Assembly: GCA_965206775.1 (NCBI GenBank)
Contig: CBDBKU010000002.1
Coordinates: forward strand, 2,255,796-2,319,795
Length of the DNA: 64,000 nucleotides
Reading direction: 5' to 3'
Source of the DNA: Bryobacterales bacterium
Lineage (GTDB): Bacteria; Acidobacteriota; Terriglobia; Bryobacterales; UBA6623
The notes under the pieces are model-generated. The model saw only the letters and a list, made by a program, of their open reading frames with translations. It had not been told where the DNA came from and ran no database searches. Numbering within the stretch: position 1 is the first letter of the stretch; each line of letters starts with the position of its first letter. Made by a program: the position numbers and the translations under genes. Positions 1-9,581 of this stretch are shown here, in pieces.

Positions 1-1344
1 CACCCAGGCTTCAAATTCCCCTGTGACCTCACCCGAGAGATCGACAATGTCGTGTAGTCCCGCGCCGCCTGGACGTTCGAGGCGCAACTCCTGGCTTCCC
101 CCAGCGCCTGGCTGCAAGCGATCCGCAGCTGCGGCAAGCGTAATGGTCTCCGTCGTCCCGTCTGAGCTGTCCACTAGCAGTAGTTCGTTGGCCTGGCCAC
201 TCTCCAGCGTTTCCCCCGGGGCCACCAACGCGGCAAGCACTGGACTGTTGGTAGCCAGTTCAAATGGTCGGTAGAACCGCGCGGTATTGGTGGCATACGG
301 GAACGACGGAAGAATGCAATCGGAAATCGCAGTCGTCGTATCGCGCCTCAGGTCGAGCAACTGGATGCCGGAGTAGCAGCCTTCCGTTTCGTCGAGGCTC
401 CCACTAATCGCGACATAGTACGGGTTGATGTCCGTCATGTCGATCCGTTCCACCGAGGTGACCCCGTCAGGTATCGCTATGTACTTTGCCTCGGGTGTTT
501 CGACCGGACCGAGTACGCCGCCCGTCACGTTGCCGCCGGAGACCCAGTGGACAACCTCCGTGGACCCGGCAAGGTCCGGGATCTGGAATGTTGATTTGTA
601 GATCCCAACCAGTTCGGTCGAGACTTCGACCGACAGGTCCGAAACCGGAAGGCCCCCGGCATACGCTCTCTGGGTGGCGACTAAGGAGTAGCTTTCATCC
701 GCAGTTGCTGCAGCTCCAGCCGCAATCGCCGGTTCGGTTGCGCCGGCCCCCGCTGCGAAGATTGATATCGTGCTGCCAGCCGTAATGGCCGCTGCGGCAT
801 CCAGAACCTCGCCTGTCGCCGACGGGGCAACCCCAGGGCTTCCCAGTTCCAGAGTCAGCGAGCTTGCTGCCGGGGCCGCCGCCGGGTCCTCCGGTACCGG
901 AGTTCCTTGCGCGATGGGCGCGCTCGACCCGTCGTGTCGGATCAGATTCAGGTTGGTGTCGGATATTATCACCAGCATTGTCGCGCTATCTGTCTCACCG
1001 CGCCTGACCACGACTTCTGCCCACCCAGGTTCGATCTCCCATGGCACTTGCGCGTTGATCTGGGTGGGTGAAACAAAGAATAACGGTGCCGCGACATCGT
1101 TGATCAGCACCTGAACGGTAGGATCTTCTTCCAAGGACACCGGCAACGGCAATCCCTCCGCGACCGTGTGTGCACTTGCAAGCTGCTCCCCGGTGACTGC
1201 CAGAATGCCGCCACGAGCGACAGTCGCGGGCGCCGATTGGAACGAGACTCCATTTACCACGCTTCGGAGCGTGGTCTGGGGCTCGTTCTCAGCCGCTGCG
1301 TTTGCCGCCGTCAGTAACGCTAGACACACTAATACCAAGAACAT
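1..1344 (-). CDS. Secreted repeat protein, N-terminal 448 codons only (runs off the window start); TIGR03437-like (Solibacter-type IPT/TIG-like) domain candidate
   Basis: Own translation of the minus strand from the ATG at 1344-1342. It gives a signal-like MFLVLVCLALLTAANAAA, then LRSVVNGVSFQSAPATVARGGILAVTGEQLA...VLINDVAAPLFFVSPTQINAQVPWEIEPGWAEVVVRRGETDS. The frame stays open to position 1. It is absent from the ORF track because it has no stop in the window. The + strand ORFs listed at 23-1360 are its antisense shadows. Confidence 0.6.
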   Translation of the reverse strand, partial: MFLVLVCLALLTAANAAAENEPQTTLRSVVNGVSFQSAPATVARGGILAVTGEQLASAHTVAEGLPLPVSLEEDPTVQVLINDVAAPLFFVSPTQINAQVPWEIEPGWAEVVVRRGETDSATMLVIISDTNLNLIRHDGSSAPIAQGTPVPEDPAAAPAASSLTLELGSPGVAPSATGEVLDAAAAITAGSTISIFAAGAGATEPAIAAGAAATADESYSLVATQRAYAGGLPVSDLSVEVSTELVGIYKSTFQIPDLAGSTEVVHWVSGGNVTGGVLGPVETPEAKYIAIPDGVTSVERIDMTDINPYYVAISGSLDETEGCYSGIQLLDLRRDTTTAISDCILPSFPYATNTARFYRPFELATNSPVLAALVAPGETLESGQANELLLVDSSDGTTETITLAAAADRLQPGAGGSQELRLERPGGAGLHDIVDLSGEVTGEFEAWV

Positions 1345-2147
1345 TTTCCAGATTCCTTGACCCCAGTTAGCATAAGTCCCCGTCCACGCAAGTGCAAGTC
1401 CATGAATGTATCAGGGCTGTTTCTTAGTCCGAATCCGAGGCGGTGCGTGAACAAGGTACGGGTTGTGCTGGCGACTGGCAAGATCATCCACAATCATGTG
1501 ATGACGGCTGTTGGCTTGCGGCTCGGCCAGCGAATTTCCAGTGCGATTTGGGCTGGGTACCGCCGACGCAGTCGAGCGAATCGAGATTGACTGGCCCAGC
1601 GCTGCCCGGCAAGAGGCCCAGCCTCCAGAGATCGACCGCATCGTGACTATTTCAGAGCCGTCATAGGTGTCGGATTTTGTCGATGCAACGGCGTAGCGCG
1701 ACAACTTGTTTCCAGATGCTGATTCCGCGACCGGCTTGCGAGCAAGCCTCAGGAATCGCACTATGGCTTGTAAGGCGCAGGCACCGTGACCGGAGCAGCA
1801 CTGGCCGCTCGCCGGAAAACCGTTCAGTGGCTTTGACTGTCAATCGCTTGCCGAGTACAAACTGTTGATTGCAAGCAATATCTTCCGACTTGCGGTTCCA
1901 TCCGCTGTTTCGGCTCAGGTGCCTGTATCGACCGAACGCGCAATTCTGAAGTGGCGCGGTGATCAAGCTTTGGCAGTTTGGATATCGCAATGTGGCGGGG
2001 AATCGCAAGATGCCGGAGGCAGGATTTTTTGCGCGAAAATTTGGTTTCCGTAGATCTTGATATCGCATCATGCTATTTGTTTTCAATATTTTGCGGTGCA
2101 TGAAGTCCCCATGATTTTTTGCAGGAAAACTTGCCACAATAAGAGCG

Positions 2148-3368
2148 TTGCCACGAGCCGTTCAGTATGAGCTGCCAGATTCGTGGATCTCTTATGACAG
2201 GGAGGTGGTCGCCGATTGTCTGCTGAACGCGAAGGCCGCGATTCTGGCCCTTCGAGCAATCCCGTTTCAAAGGCGATGGGTGAAGGAGCTTCAGGCGATC
2301 CAACTCAAGATGGAGATTGCCGGAACATCCCGCATCGAGAACGCCGAGTTTGTAGGCGACGAACTGGATTTGGCGGTCCGAGCGGAGACGCGGGAAAAGC
2401 TTCGGACTCGATCCCAAAGGCAAGCGCACGCCGCGTTGCGGGCCTACGAATGGGTAGCCGGAATTCCGGATGACAAGCTAGTCTCAGTCAATCTGATCGA
2501 GAACCTGCATCGTTTGATTGTCTCTGGCTGTGACGACGATCACTGTGTGCCCGGTGTACTTCGAAAATCCGACCAGAACGTGACGTTCGGGTCTCCGACG
2601 CACGGTGGGGTATCGGGTGGCCAGGACTGCCAACATGCGCTCGAACGCCTAATCGACCAAATGGCATCGGAATTTCATCATCACGACCCTCTCGTCCAAG
2701 CCATGGCCGCCCACTACCATCTCGCAGCAATGCACCCATTCTTGGACGGGAATGGCCGCACCGCGCGGGCTCTCGAGGCCCTGATGCTGCAGCGAGCCGG
2801 CCTCAAGAACATGTTGTTCGTGCCGATGTCGAATTTCCACTACAACGAGAAGAGCGCCTATTTGGCGGCATTTGCAGATGTTCGGCAATCGGGTCACGAT
2901 CTCACCGCGTTCCTGAGATTCGCTTTGAAAGGGGTCGAGTCGGAGGTTCTCCGGTTGACAGGATTGATCAGAAACGCAGTATCGAAGGAGATCTACCGGG
3001 GCCTCATGAACGAGCTCTTCGTGAGGCTCGAGAGTTCCCGGAAGCGGGTTATCGTCAAGCGCCAGCTCCAATTGCTGAATCACCTCTTGGACAAGGATGG
3101 AGGCGTGGACTGGGCGACGCTGGTTTCGGAAGTGCAAGAGCACTATGAATCTCGAAAGCGTCCTGTCGAGGCGATCGTGCGCGATGTGACGAGGCTGGCC
3201 GATCTTGGAGCCGTCCGGATTACTCCTAGGCGGCGGGAGAACGCGAACTTCAGCATCCGTATTTCTGTGAATCTGGACTGGCCTAGCACGATTACAGAGA
3301 CGGAGTTCTTCGAGAAACTCAAGACGTTGCCCAAGTCCAAGAGCTACTCGTTCCTGACGCGGATGTAG
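2148..3368 (+). CDS. Fic/DOC family protein
   Basis: 406-aa ORF containing the Fic core motif HPFLDGNGRTAR (AAMHPFLDGNGRTARALEALML). The start at 2148 is TTG, so the exact start is uncertain. Confidence 0.85.
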   Translation: MPRAVQYELPDSWISYDREVVADCLLNAKAAILALRAIPFQRRWVKELQAIQLKMEIAGTSRIENAEFVGDELDLAVRAETREKLRTRSQRQAHAALRAYEWVAGIPDDKLVSVNLIENLHRLIVSGCDDDHCVPGVLRKSDQNVTFGSPTHGGVSGGQDCQHALERLIDQMASEFHHHDPLVQAMAAHYHLAAMHPFLDGNGRTARALEALMLQRAGLKNMLFVPMSNFHYNEKSAYLAAFADVRQSGHDLTAFLRFALKGVESEVLRLTGLIRNAVSKEIYRGLMNELFVRLESSRKRVIVKRQLQLLNHLLDKDGGVDWATLVSEVQEHYESRKRPVEAIVRDVTRLADLGAVRITPRRRENANFSIRISVNLDWPSTITETEFFEKLKTLPKSKSYSFLTRM

Positions 3369-3442
3369 CGCTCGTCAGCGCTCAGGTTGGGCGCGCCGTC
3401 AAGACGAACCAATACCGGTTCGTTTTGGGGACCATATAGGTG

Positions 3443-3468
3443 CCCACGGACGCCAACTTGACAGTACC
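3443..3468. repeat. Solo IS6-type terminal inverted-repeat remnant
   Basis: CCCACGGACGCCAACTTGACAGTACC equals the outer end of the IS6 copy at 5132-5156 apart from a 1-nt indel. It matches the reverse complement of 37130-37154 with 2 mismatches. No transposase body remains to its left. Confidence 0.55.
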
Positions 3469-3635
3469 TGCCGGAATCATGGAGATCGACAACCCGGTGC
3501 TCGCTGCCGCTGCCATGTCCGATACGCCCGATCTCGAGCGCTCCATCGCCTGGGCGTGGCCGACCGGAAGGCGTGCCCGATGCCAGTTCCCCGGACTGCG
3601 GCGCCCGCCGCCGCATCGGCCGCCGGGACGGGCGC

Positions 3636-4316
3636 TCAGCGCGACCGTCCCGAATCCATCTCGGGCGCCGGCCGCACCCGGACCGGGTAGTTCCTGCCGA
3701 GCCGCTCGTTGAGCACCCTGGCCACGCCAGCGGGCCAGACGCTATCGCCCGGGTCGACATCCCGCCGCGGGCCGAGATCCCGTTGCGGGTCGAGGCCGGC
3801 GACGTCCTCGATGCCGTACGGGCACTCGCGGGGCAGCGCGCGCGACCAGTCGCGAGCGAGCGCCCGCCGCTTCCCTCCGTCCCCGGAATCGTCGTACGAG
3901 GCCAGCTTCCGCGCGGCACCCCGACGGGCCTTGCGCCAGGCCCGCGCGAACAGCGCCCCGCAGCTGTGCTTGAGGCCGGGGTTTTCCCGGATGGAGTCAG
4001 CCATTTCGTCGCGGTGCTCCTGGATCTCCCGCACCCAGCCGCTCAGCGCCTGGTCCGTCGCCGCCTCGTAGTGCTCGATCGCCAGCAGGTGCTCGATCGC
4101 CTGCCGGCAATGCGAAACCCATCCGCGCTCTTCGCTCCTGCCCACGTCCTCGATCTCCTCGATCACGTTATCCCAGTCGATGGCATCGACGTCGCGCCGG
4201 CGCAGCGCGTCGGCCTGCTCCTGCGCCCAGGTCCAGCCGTCCTCGCGGTAGAGCCGCTGGGCGCGAGTCCCGCCGGAGGCCTCCGCGGCCAAGTCCCTGA
4301 GTGACGTGGCAGCCAT
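3636..4316 (-). CDS. DUF29 family protein
   Basis: 226-aa ORF. LYREDGWTWAQEQADALRRRDVDAIDWDNVIEEIEDVGRSEERGWVSHCRQAIEHLL matches the DUF29 pattern (LYE.DFY.W...QA..L....ID..N+IEEIE.LGRSE). The C-terminal extension is longer than usual. Confidence 0.75.
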   Translation of the reverse strand: MAATSLRDLAAEASGGTRAQRLYREDGWTWAQEQADALRRRDVDAIDWDNVIEEIEDVGRSEERGWVSHCRQAIEHLLAIEHYEAATDQALSGWVREIQEHRDEMADSIRENPGLKHSCGALFARAWRKARRGAARKLASYDDSGDGGKRRALARDWSRALPRECPYGIEDVAGLDPQRDLGPRRDVDPGDSVWPAGVARVLNERLGRNYPVRVRPAPEMDSGRSR

Positions 4317-4428
4317 GCTCGCATTGTAGGCGATCGGTCGGCCGCGAGGAACCCGCCGAGCGCCAGCATACAGGAATCGAGGTCTATCCGGCTCGACAAG
4401 TTAGTTCTCGAAACATAGAGTTCTAGAG

Positions 4429-4487
4429 ATGTACACACTCACGGTCATCGCCCAGAAGGGAGGCGCGGGGAAAACGACCCTCGCCAT
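4429..4487 (+). pseudogene. ParA-like ATPase, N-terminal stub cut by the IS6 insertion
   Basis: MYTLTVIAQKGGAGKTTLAMA carries the deviant Walker A KGGxGKT of ParA/MinD. The reading frame runs directly into the IS6 end at 4488 and loses similarity. Confidence 0.5.
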
Positions 4488-5156
4488 GGCATTGTCAAGC
4501 TGTTTCGACCAAGCGGTTCTGATCCGAATAGTCGGTGCGGGGATCTTCGCTCAGCGAACACCCGTCGCGGTGTTCCAAGTGGCGAAGGCCTGCTCCCGAA
4601 GGAGTCGATGATGGATCGCCTTGAGACGATGGCGTGCGAGCCTGAATGAGTTGTGAACGGCCGCATCGACCGCGAGAAAACCCTGCATCTGCGCTTCTGA
4701 CTTGAAACGACGCATCTGGCGTTCTCGCTCTCTTTCATGTGTGTTGGTGGGAAACCTCAGCCCGGTTGTTTTCGTACTGCCCGTTACGATGAGTAGCCGA
4801 TAGGCCGACTTCCCGACGGGCGGCCGCATAGCTCCGCAGCTTGCCGGTGACCGGCTGCAACGGCGATCGCCCTTTCCCCTTCAAGAGCTTGCGAAAAAAG
4901 CGCTTGGCTGCCCTTGCGTCCCGGCGGCGCAGGTTCTGAGCAAGGGCGGGACCGAATTTGCGACACCACAATCTGATCGCCTCCTAGGACACGATGACGC
5001 CGCGCTCGGCGAGTAGGTCTTCGACATCCCGGAAGCTGAGGGTGAACCGATAGTAGAGCCACACGGCGTGACTGATGATCGCGGGTGGGAAGCGGTGGCT
5101 TCGACACAAGGATCCCACCTATCTATTGTCCCCCACGGACCCAACTTGACAGTACC
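4488..5156 (-). mobile_element. IS6-family insertion sequence, degenerate copy (about 669 bp)
   Basis: The ends are GGCATTGTCAAGC (4488-4500) and, on the other strand, GGTACTGTCAAGTTGGGTCCGTGGG (5156-5132). These resemble the IS26-type GGCACTGTTGCAAA end. The interior is homologous to the 789-bp copy at 37130-37918 but about 115 bp shorter. Confidence 0.7.
4551..5107 (-). pseudogene. IS6-family transposase remnants (deletion, stop and frameshift)
   Basis: The pieces are split over three frames: ...WCRKFGPALAQNLRRRDARAAKRFFRKLLKGKGRSPLQPVTGKLRSYAAARREVGLSATHRNGQYENNRAEVSHQHT* and HERERERQMRRFKSEAQMQGFLAVDAAVHNSFRLARHRLKAIHHRLL. Relative to copy 2, the stretch HGRLGDVWHVDEVFVTIRGSRRYLWRAVDQDGDILDILVTRR, which holds the DDE aspartates, is missing. 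Confidence 0.7.
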
Positions 5157-6076
5157 TGTCTTGACCCTTGGCGAAATCGTCGACGTTTCGCACTCGCCTT
5201 CGTCCTGGCAATCGCGTCACCCTTGCCTCGTCGGCGCATTGCGGGCCCAGTATAGATATCTACTGCAGTCCTTGGGTCTTCCTCTCCTACCGTCACAGTC
5301 TGCGCGATTACGAAATCCACACCCTTGAGCGGACGCTCATCTGCCACTGACTCGAGATCGGCAACCTCCACTTGCAGTTGCAGGGTATACCTGCGCTGGC
5401 TGATTGCCGTCCTATGCGTGACCGACGGAGTCGTTTCCACCACTTGAAAACTTCGCATCGAATCGAGCAGTGGCTGGGGGATGCGACCCGAGGTTTTCGA
5501 TCATGCGCTAAGCGATGCCCTTCGGGTCGTTCGGTTCGTTCTCGAAGAGCAATGCGGGAATTCCGAGGTCAGTTTGCGTCCCACCTAGGGTCTAGCCAAG
5601 GTGCTTCGTCCGGTCGAAGAGCGATTGAACCTCCAACTCAGCACGACGGTCGTCGGTACCAGGGAGATCCGGGCTTACAGAGCGCGCGAGGTAGTGACTA
5701 TCAAGCCAGCTGTGCGTCGGCATTGGTTGGGCTCGCCGGCACGTGAGGACGCCGATACGGTAGTTGGGGAGAGCGTTTCCGGACGCCTGTCATCAGGATT
5801 CCTTCAGAAATGTCGGCAAGAACCGGAGCAGGATTCTTCGTTCTCGGAGAACGTATTGCCGTTCAAGTTCTTACCGTAGGCGAAGCCGTAGGGACTCTGG
5901 CGCCTTCCCGTCCAGATGTGCACGTGGAACGTCGCGGGACCGAAATCACGGAGCTACTTCGCGATAGCATCCGGCAAGCGCTCAGCGAGACAGAGTGCCC
6001 AGGGGCGCGAATTCTGATCGTCCTGCCCTGTTTCATCTGGCTTGACACGATCTGCCTAGTCTCCAATACTGGTCAT

Positions 6077-6316
6077 ATGGAATCCATCAACGCGTCCGAC
6101 TTCAAGGCCAGATGCTTGGCCATCCTCGATCGCGTGCAGACTACCGGAACGCGGGTCGTCATCCTCAAACGCGGTCGGCCTGTGGCGGAGCTACATCCCG
6201 CAAGCCGAACTCATGCCGAGTATCCACAGTGGGAGCTCAAGGGTACCGTCATCGTGGCCGGCGACATTGTTCAGCCCGCGGCCCCGGAAGAACACTGGGA
6301 AAGCCTCGAGTCATGA
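6077..6316 (+). CDS. Phd/YefM-type antitoxin
   Basis: MESINASDFKARCLAILDRVQTTGTRVVILKRGRPVAELHP is a typical Phd/YefM N-terminus. The ATG at 6077 lies inside the longer track ORF 5810-6316. Its stop overlaps the vapC ATG by 4 nt. Confidence 0.8.
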   Translation: MESINASDFKARCLAILDRVQTTGTRVVILKRGRPVAELHPASRTHAEYPQWELKGTVIVAGDIVQPAAPEEHWESLES

Positions 6317-6711
6317 CAGCGCTGCTCGACACGCACATATTGATCTGGTGGCTCAATGGCAGCAATCGGCTCTCGCCGGCCCAGCAGCAAGTCGTCGCTT
6401 CAGCCAGTGCAGAGGCACCCCTGCTGGTATCTGATATTTCGCTCTGGGAAGTGGCGACATTGCACAGCCTGGGTCGCATCCAGCTCACAATTCCCCTGCG
6501 GGCGTGGCTCGACAAGGCAGTGGCTCCGCCTCTGGTGCGCCGGCACGGCATCTCCCCGGCCATTGCGGCGGAGCTGTCCGCGCTGCCGGGCTCATTTCAA
6601 CGCGATCCAGCAGACCGAATCCTCGTGGCGACCGCCCGGATATTCGGCGCGACGCTGTTGACGCAGGATCGCAGAATCGTCGACGCCGCACTGGTCAAGA
6701 CGCTATCCTGA
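6313..6711 (+). CDS. vapC: PIN-domain toxin VapC
   Basis: MTALLDTHILIWWLNGSNRLSPAQQ...SDISLWEVATL...DPADRILVATARIFGATLLTQDRRI carries the PIN acidic residues in the usual VapC arrangement. The ATG is at 6313 inside track ORF 6112-6711. Confidence 0.85.
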   Translation: MTALLDTHILIWWLNGSNRLSPAQQQVVASASAEAPLLVSDISLWEVATLHSLGRIQLTIPLRAWLDKAVAPPLVRRHGISPAIAAELSALPGSFQRDPADRILVATARIFGATLLTQDRRIVDAALVKTLS

Positions 6712-7189
6712 CCGCATGCCGGACAGCGCGAGAGCCATGGTCCAGACCGGCCGGCCGCAGGTCCTCGCGTAGGCGGGCCGTGGTGAACATCCGGCGGTCG
6801 TGAACGACAAGAGCACGATGATCGAGATCGCGGACCACTCGTTCTCGATGGCAGACCTGCTGGGTTCGGGCATGGCCTCCGACATGGTCGGCAACTCCGT
6901 CGCCGAGGCGGTCTCCGAGATCGAGCAGGCCCCGGGGCGACGCAGCCGCGCTGCTCAACCTGTCCGATCCCCTGATCGGCCTGACCGGCCTTCTTGACAC
7001 CGAGTGGGAAAGGGTCTGGGCGGCGGCCATCCCTCTCTCCGGAACCTCTCGAACAAAAGGCGACAAAGTCGATCTCGGCAACACGCCGAACTAGGATGAC
7101 CTGCTCAACGACATAGACGACATCCTGCGGGCGCTCTCAAGCGCCGATTCGTTCGCCGCTGCGACGGGGGAGGACGGCGACGGCGGGTT

Positions 7190-7570
7190 CGAGGACGCCG
7201 AGCTGAGCGGGAGCGATGCGCTTCACGCTTCCGATGCGACGAAGACGCATGCGGCCAGTACCGTTGCGCGTACACGGACTTCGAGGCTGGCCAGGCGGCG
7301 CGCGAGGACACAGCGCGTGCGGTGAGGACGATCCTCGGTGAACTCGGATCCCGCGCCATTGAGATGTTGCAGGACGACTTCGTCGGCACCGCAATGTCGG
7401 AGCTGCTGGAAGAGTTCGGACCAGACGGTGCTTTCACCGAGGCCTTGGTGCGCTGGTCGGCGGTTGATCCCATGCCGTTGGTACTGCTGATCGACCAGAT
7501 TGACTCATTACTTGGTGAGACGCGCTGCCGATGGCAAGCAAGAACAGCTGTCGCTGACCACGCGTTCTGA
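7190..7570 (+). pseudogene. Fragment of an AAA-like ATPase domain protein
   Basis: ...TDFEAGQAAREDTARAVRTILGELGSRAIEMLQDDFVGTAMSELLEEFGPDGAFTEALVRWSAVDPMPLVLLIDQIDSLLGET resembles the middle of AAA-like (PF14516-type) proteins, with a Walker-B-like LVLLIDQID. There is no N-terminus, and the frame breaks after it. Confidence 0.35.
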
Positions 7571-7751
7571 TGATCCCGCCACTGGGTCGGAGCCTTTAGC
7601 GGGCAGCCGCATGCGAATCGTCTGTCAGCGTCGCTCCGCACCAAGCCTTCGACCCCGACCGGCCAACGGCTCGGTCAATTGCTAACTCGGGGACAAGGGC
7701 AGCTACCAGGCTGGTCTCAAAATGGTGACGCACATTTGTGTAAACAAAGAA

Positions 7752-7780
7752 TTGACAACCGTTGGCGCCGATGCTATTCT
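7752..7780 (+). promoter_or_regulatory. Sigma70-like promoter candidate
   Basis: TTGACA (7752-7757), a 17-nt spacer, then TATTCT (7775-7780), in a lower-GC stretch 74 nt upstream of the ORF at 7854. This is a pattern match only. Confidence 0.3.
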
Positions 7781-7853
7781 CCTTGCATGGGCTCAGTCGC
7801 AAGGTTACGCAGGTAGGTGCAGTCCGTAGCAGCCAGCAGCGCGACCCGAGCCT

Positions 7854-8153
7854 ATGCCTAGCGGCGAATTCGTCGAGCTTGGGCCTTGGGTCGTGTCTCG
7901 CCTGAGACAGAATCCTGTTCGAGGCGAGCCCCTTGCCCAGCGGTCCACGACGCGTCGCCTGTTGGCGCAGACGCTTTTGGCTAGGCCGAAGCGTAGTATG
8001 CGAATCGATTTGGACGCCTTGGCGCACCCGGTCGAGTTGCTGGACAAGCTAGCACCACTTAAATTGCGGAATCACGGAAATTCTTTGGATTCGGAATTGA
8101 TAGCGAGCCATTTGGCGTTCTTCGTGTGTAACGGCACCCAAGGCAATAGATAG
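7854..8153 (+). CDS. Hypothetical protein
   Basis: 99-aa ORF downstream of the promoter-like site, with no recognisable motif. Confidence 0.3.
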   Translation: MPSGEFVELGPWVVSRLRQNPVRGEPLAQRSTTRRLLAQTLLARPKRSMRIDLDALAHPVELLDKLAPLKLRNHGNSLDSELIASHLAFFVCNGTQGNR

Positions 8154-8196
8154 GAGCTGTCGGCGGAATTCTGCAGACATCGACGAGGACTAAATT

Positions 8197-8517
8197 GTGG
8201 AACAGCTCAGGGATTTCTTGCGACGGATCAGCAACCTCTTGACTAGCTACATGGAGTACACCGGCGCCGCTGTCGCTATGACCATCGTGCTGGTCTGTAC
8301 GGTCGTAGGGCTATTGAGTGGTTACTCGCTAGGAAGCGGCACGGCAACGACGTTAGCCGGTGTTGTCATCGGACTTGTGGTCGGGCCGGCAGTAGGAGTT
8401 GTCATAGCCCTTGCCTTGGTAGGGCTTGTGTCTGTCCTTCTTGATATTCGCAACCAGCAACAGATGATCCTCAGCGAGCTCCAGGCAATTTCGAGTCGCA
8501 TGAATGATAGAACCTGA
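8197..8517 (+). CDS. Small membrane protein, hypothetical
   Basis: 106-aa ORF with two or three hydrophobic Gly/Val-rich spans (AAVAMTIVLVCTVVGLLSG; LAGVVIGLVVGPAVGVVIALALVGLVSVLL) and an amphipathic C-terminus. Confidence 0.5.
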   Translation: MEQLRDFLRRISNLLTSYMEYTGAAVAMTIVLVCTVVGLLSGYSLGSGTATTLAGVVIGLVVGPAVGVVIALALVGLVSVLLDIRNQQQMILSELQAISSRMNDRT

Positions 8518-8599
8518 GGTGAGTGACGATTCGAACCGCCGGTGGCGTCAGTGCGATCACCAGTTACGCCTCGGAAGTTGGCGTGTCGTGACTGAATTG

Positions 8600-9270
8600 A
8601 GCCCGTCGCGGGAAATCCAGGTTCGAGGTGATTCTCGCCCAGCACCCGTACCGCTCCGCTAGGAGTCGGCACATCACTTCCATCCCGCCCTGGTCCTGCC
8701 GGACATCGCCAATGTCATCGAGGGGTGTGAAAGCCCGTGTTCATTGAGTGCGCGCGCGTATGTTGCAGGCGGCAGCCTCCAGGCCCGCGCCTCCAGCCAG
8801 CAGTGCGCCTCGAACACTTGGTCGGCCACGCGGCGGGGGCGCCTCGTGCCCGCCCCGACACACTGTGTTGACTGCGAGCATGCAGTTGGAAGGCAGTATT
8901 CGACGCTTCGCGGTGGGTTCGGACTACCTGATCAAGCCTTTCCAAGACATGAATCTGCGCGCTAGAATCAGGGCTGTCTTGCAGCGGACCCTGCCGTGAG
9001 CCGGTGAGGGGGCGTCCAACGACCATGCATTCGGAGATGTGGGCCTGGATGCCACTCACCCCACGGTCCCTCGTGCCCGCAAACGCCTGCGACTGTCGTC
9101 GAAGGAGTACGAGTTCTTGCACTGTCTTGTCATGCACCCGCTCGAAACACTGCCCGACGGCGTCTTGTCATGGAGGATCGGAAGTCGCGGCCTGCAAACC
9201 CGACACGAACCGGCGATGCGCAGGTTGGCTGGCTGCGCAGGAGTATCGGGGACGCCATTGAGAGCCATCG
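8600..9270 (+). pseudogene. OmpR-family response regulator, frameshifted and decayed
   Basis: The receiver C-terminal part is VLTASMQLEGSIRRFAVGSDYLIKPFQDMNLRARIRAVLQR (8748-8999 frame). The winged-helix pieces LRLSSKEYEFLHCLVMHPLETLPDGVLSW lie in another frame (9039-). The N-terminal phospho-acceptor region is unrecognisable. Confidence 0.55.
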
Positions 9271-9581
9271 TTGTATCGGCAGTGCTTGTGGCAAGGGCTG
9301 TGAGTTCGTGCCTGGCTAGTCCATTCCTTCCGCACTCGAGGCCACTACGCACTTGCCGGCCGATGGTGTCAAATGTCCTCGCTCTCCGCACGACTGCCTG
9401 CTAGTTCGCCCGTGCTTCGGTCGACGCGTTGGAACTGCACTCTCGAGCGCGGAGCGCACTGGACTCCGGATTCACGGCTCGCAAGTTCAAGGCTGCTTGG
9501 AATGTGCGGATTGCCGTCTTTGCGTTTACAATTCCGAGAAGACGTGTGGCAGTCCGCCGGAACCTGGCAAGCGATGATTAG

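Noticed and set aside
1360-2147. About 0.8 kb without a convincing ORF upstream of the Fic gene; considered for an ncRNA, or for the 158-aa ORF 1661-2137 (-)
   Set aside because: The ORF translations look random (many Cys, Arg, Asn and Phe, with no motif). I could not recognise any tRNA cloverleaf, riboswitch or other RNA motif by eye. The region is left unannotated and would need an Infernal/Rfam scan.
3344-4304. ORFs 3344-3919 (-), 3573-4304 (+) and 3709-4071 (+) around the DUF29 gene
   Set aside because: Only the 3636-4316 minus frame carries the DUF29 signature. The others are Arg/Pro/Ser-rich overlaps.
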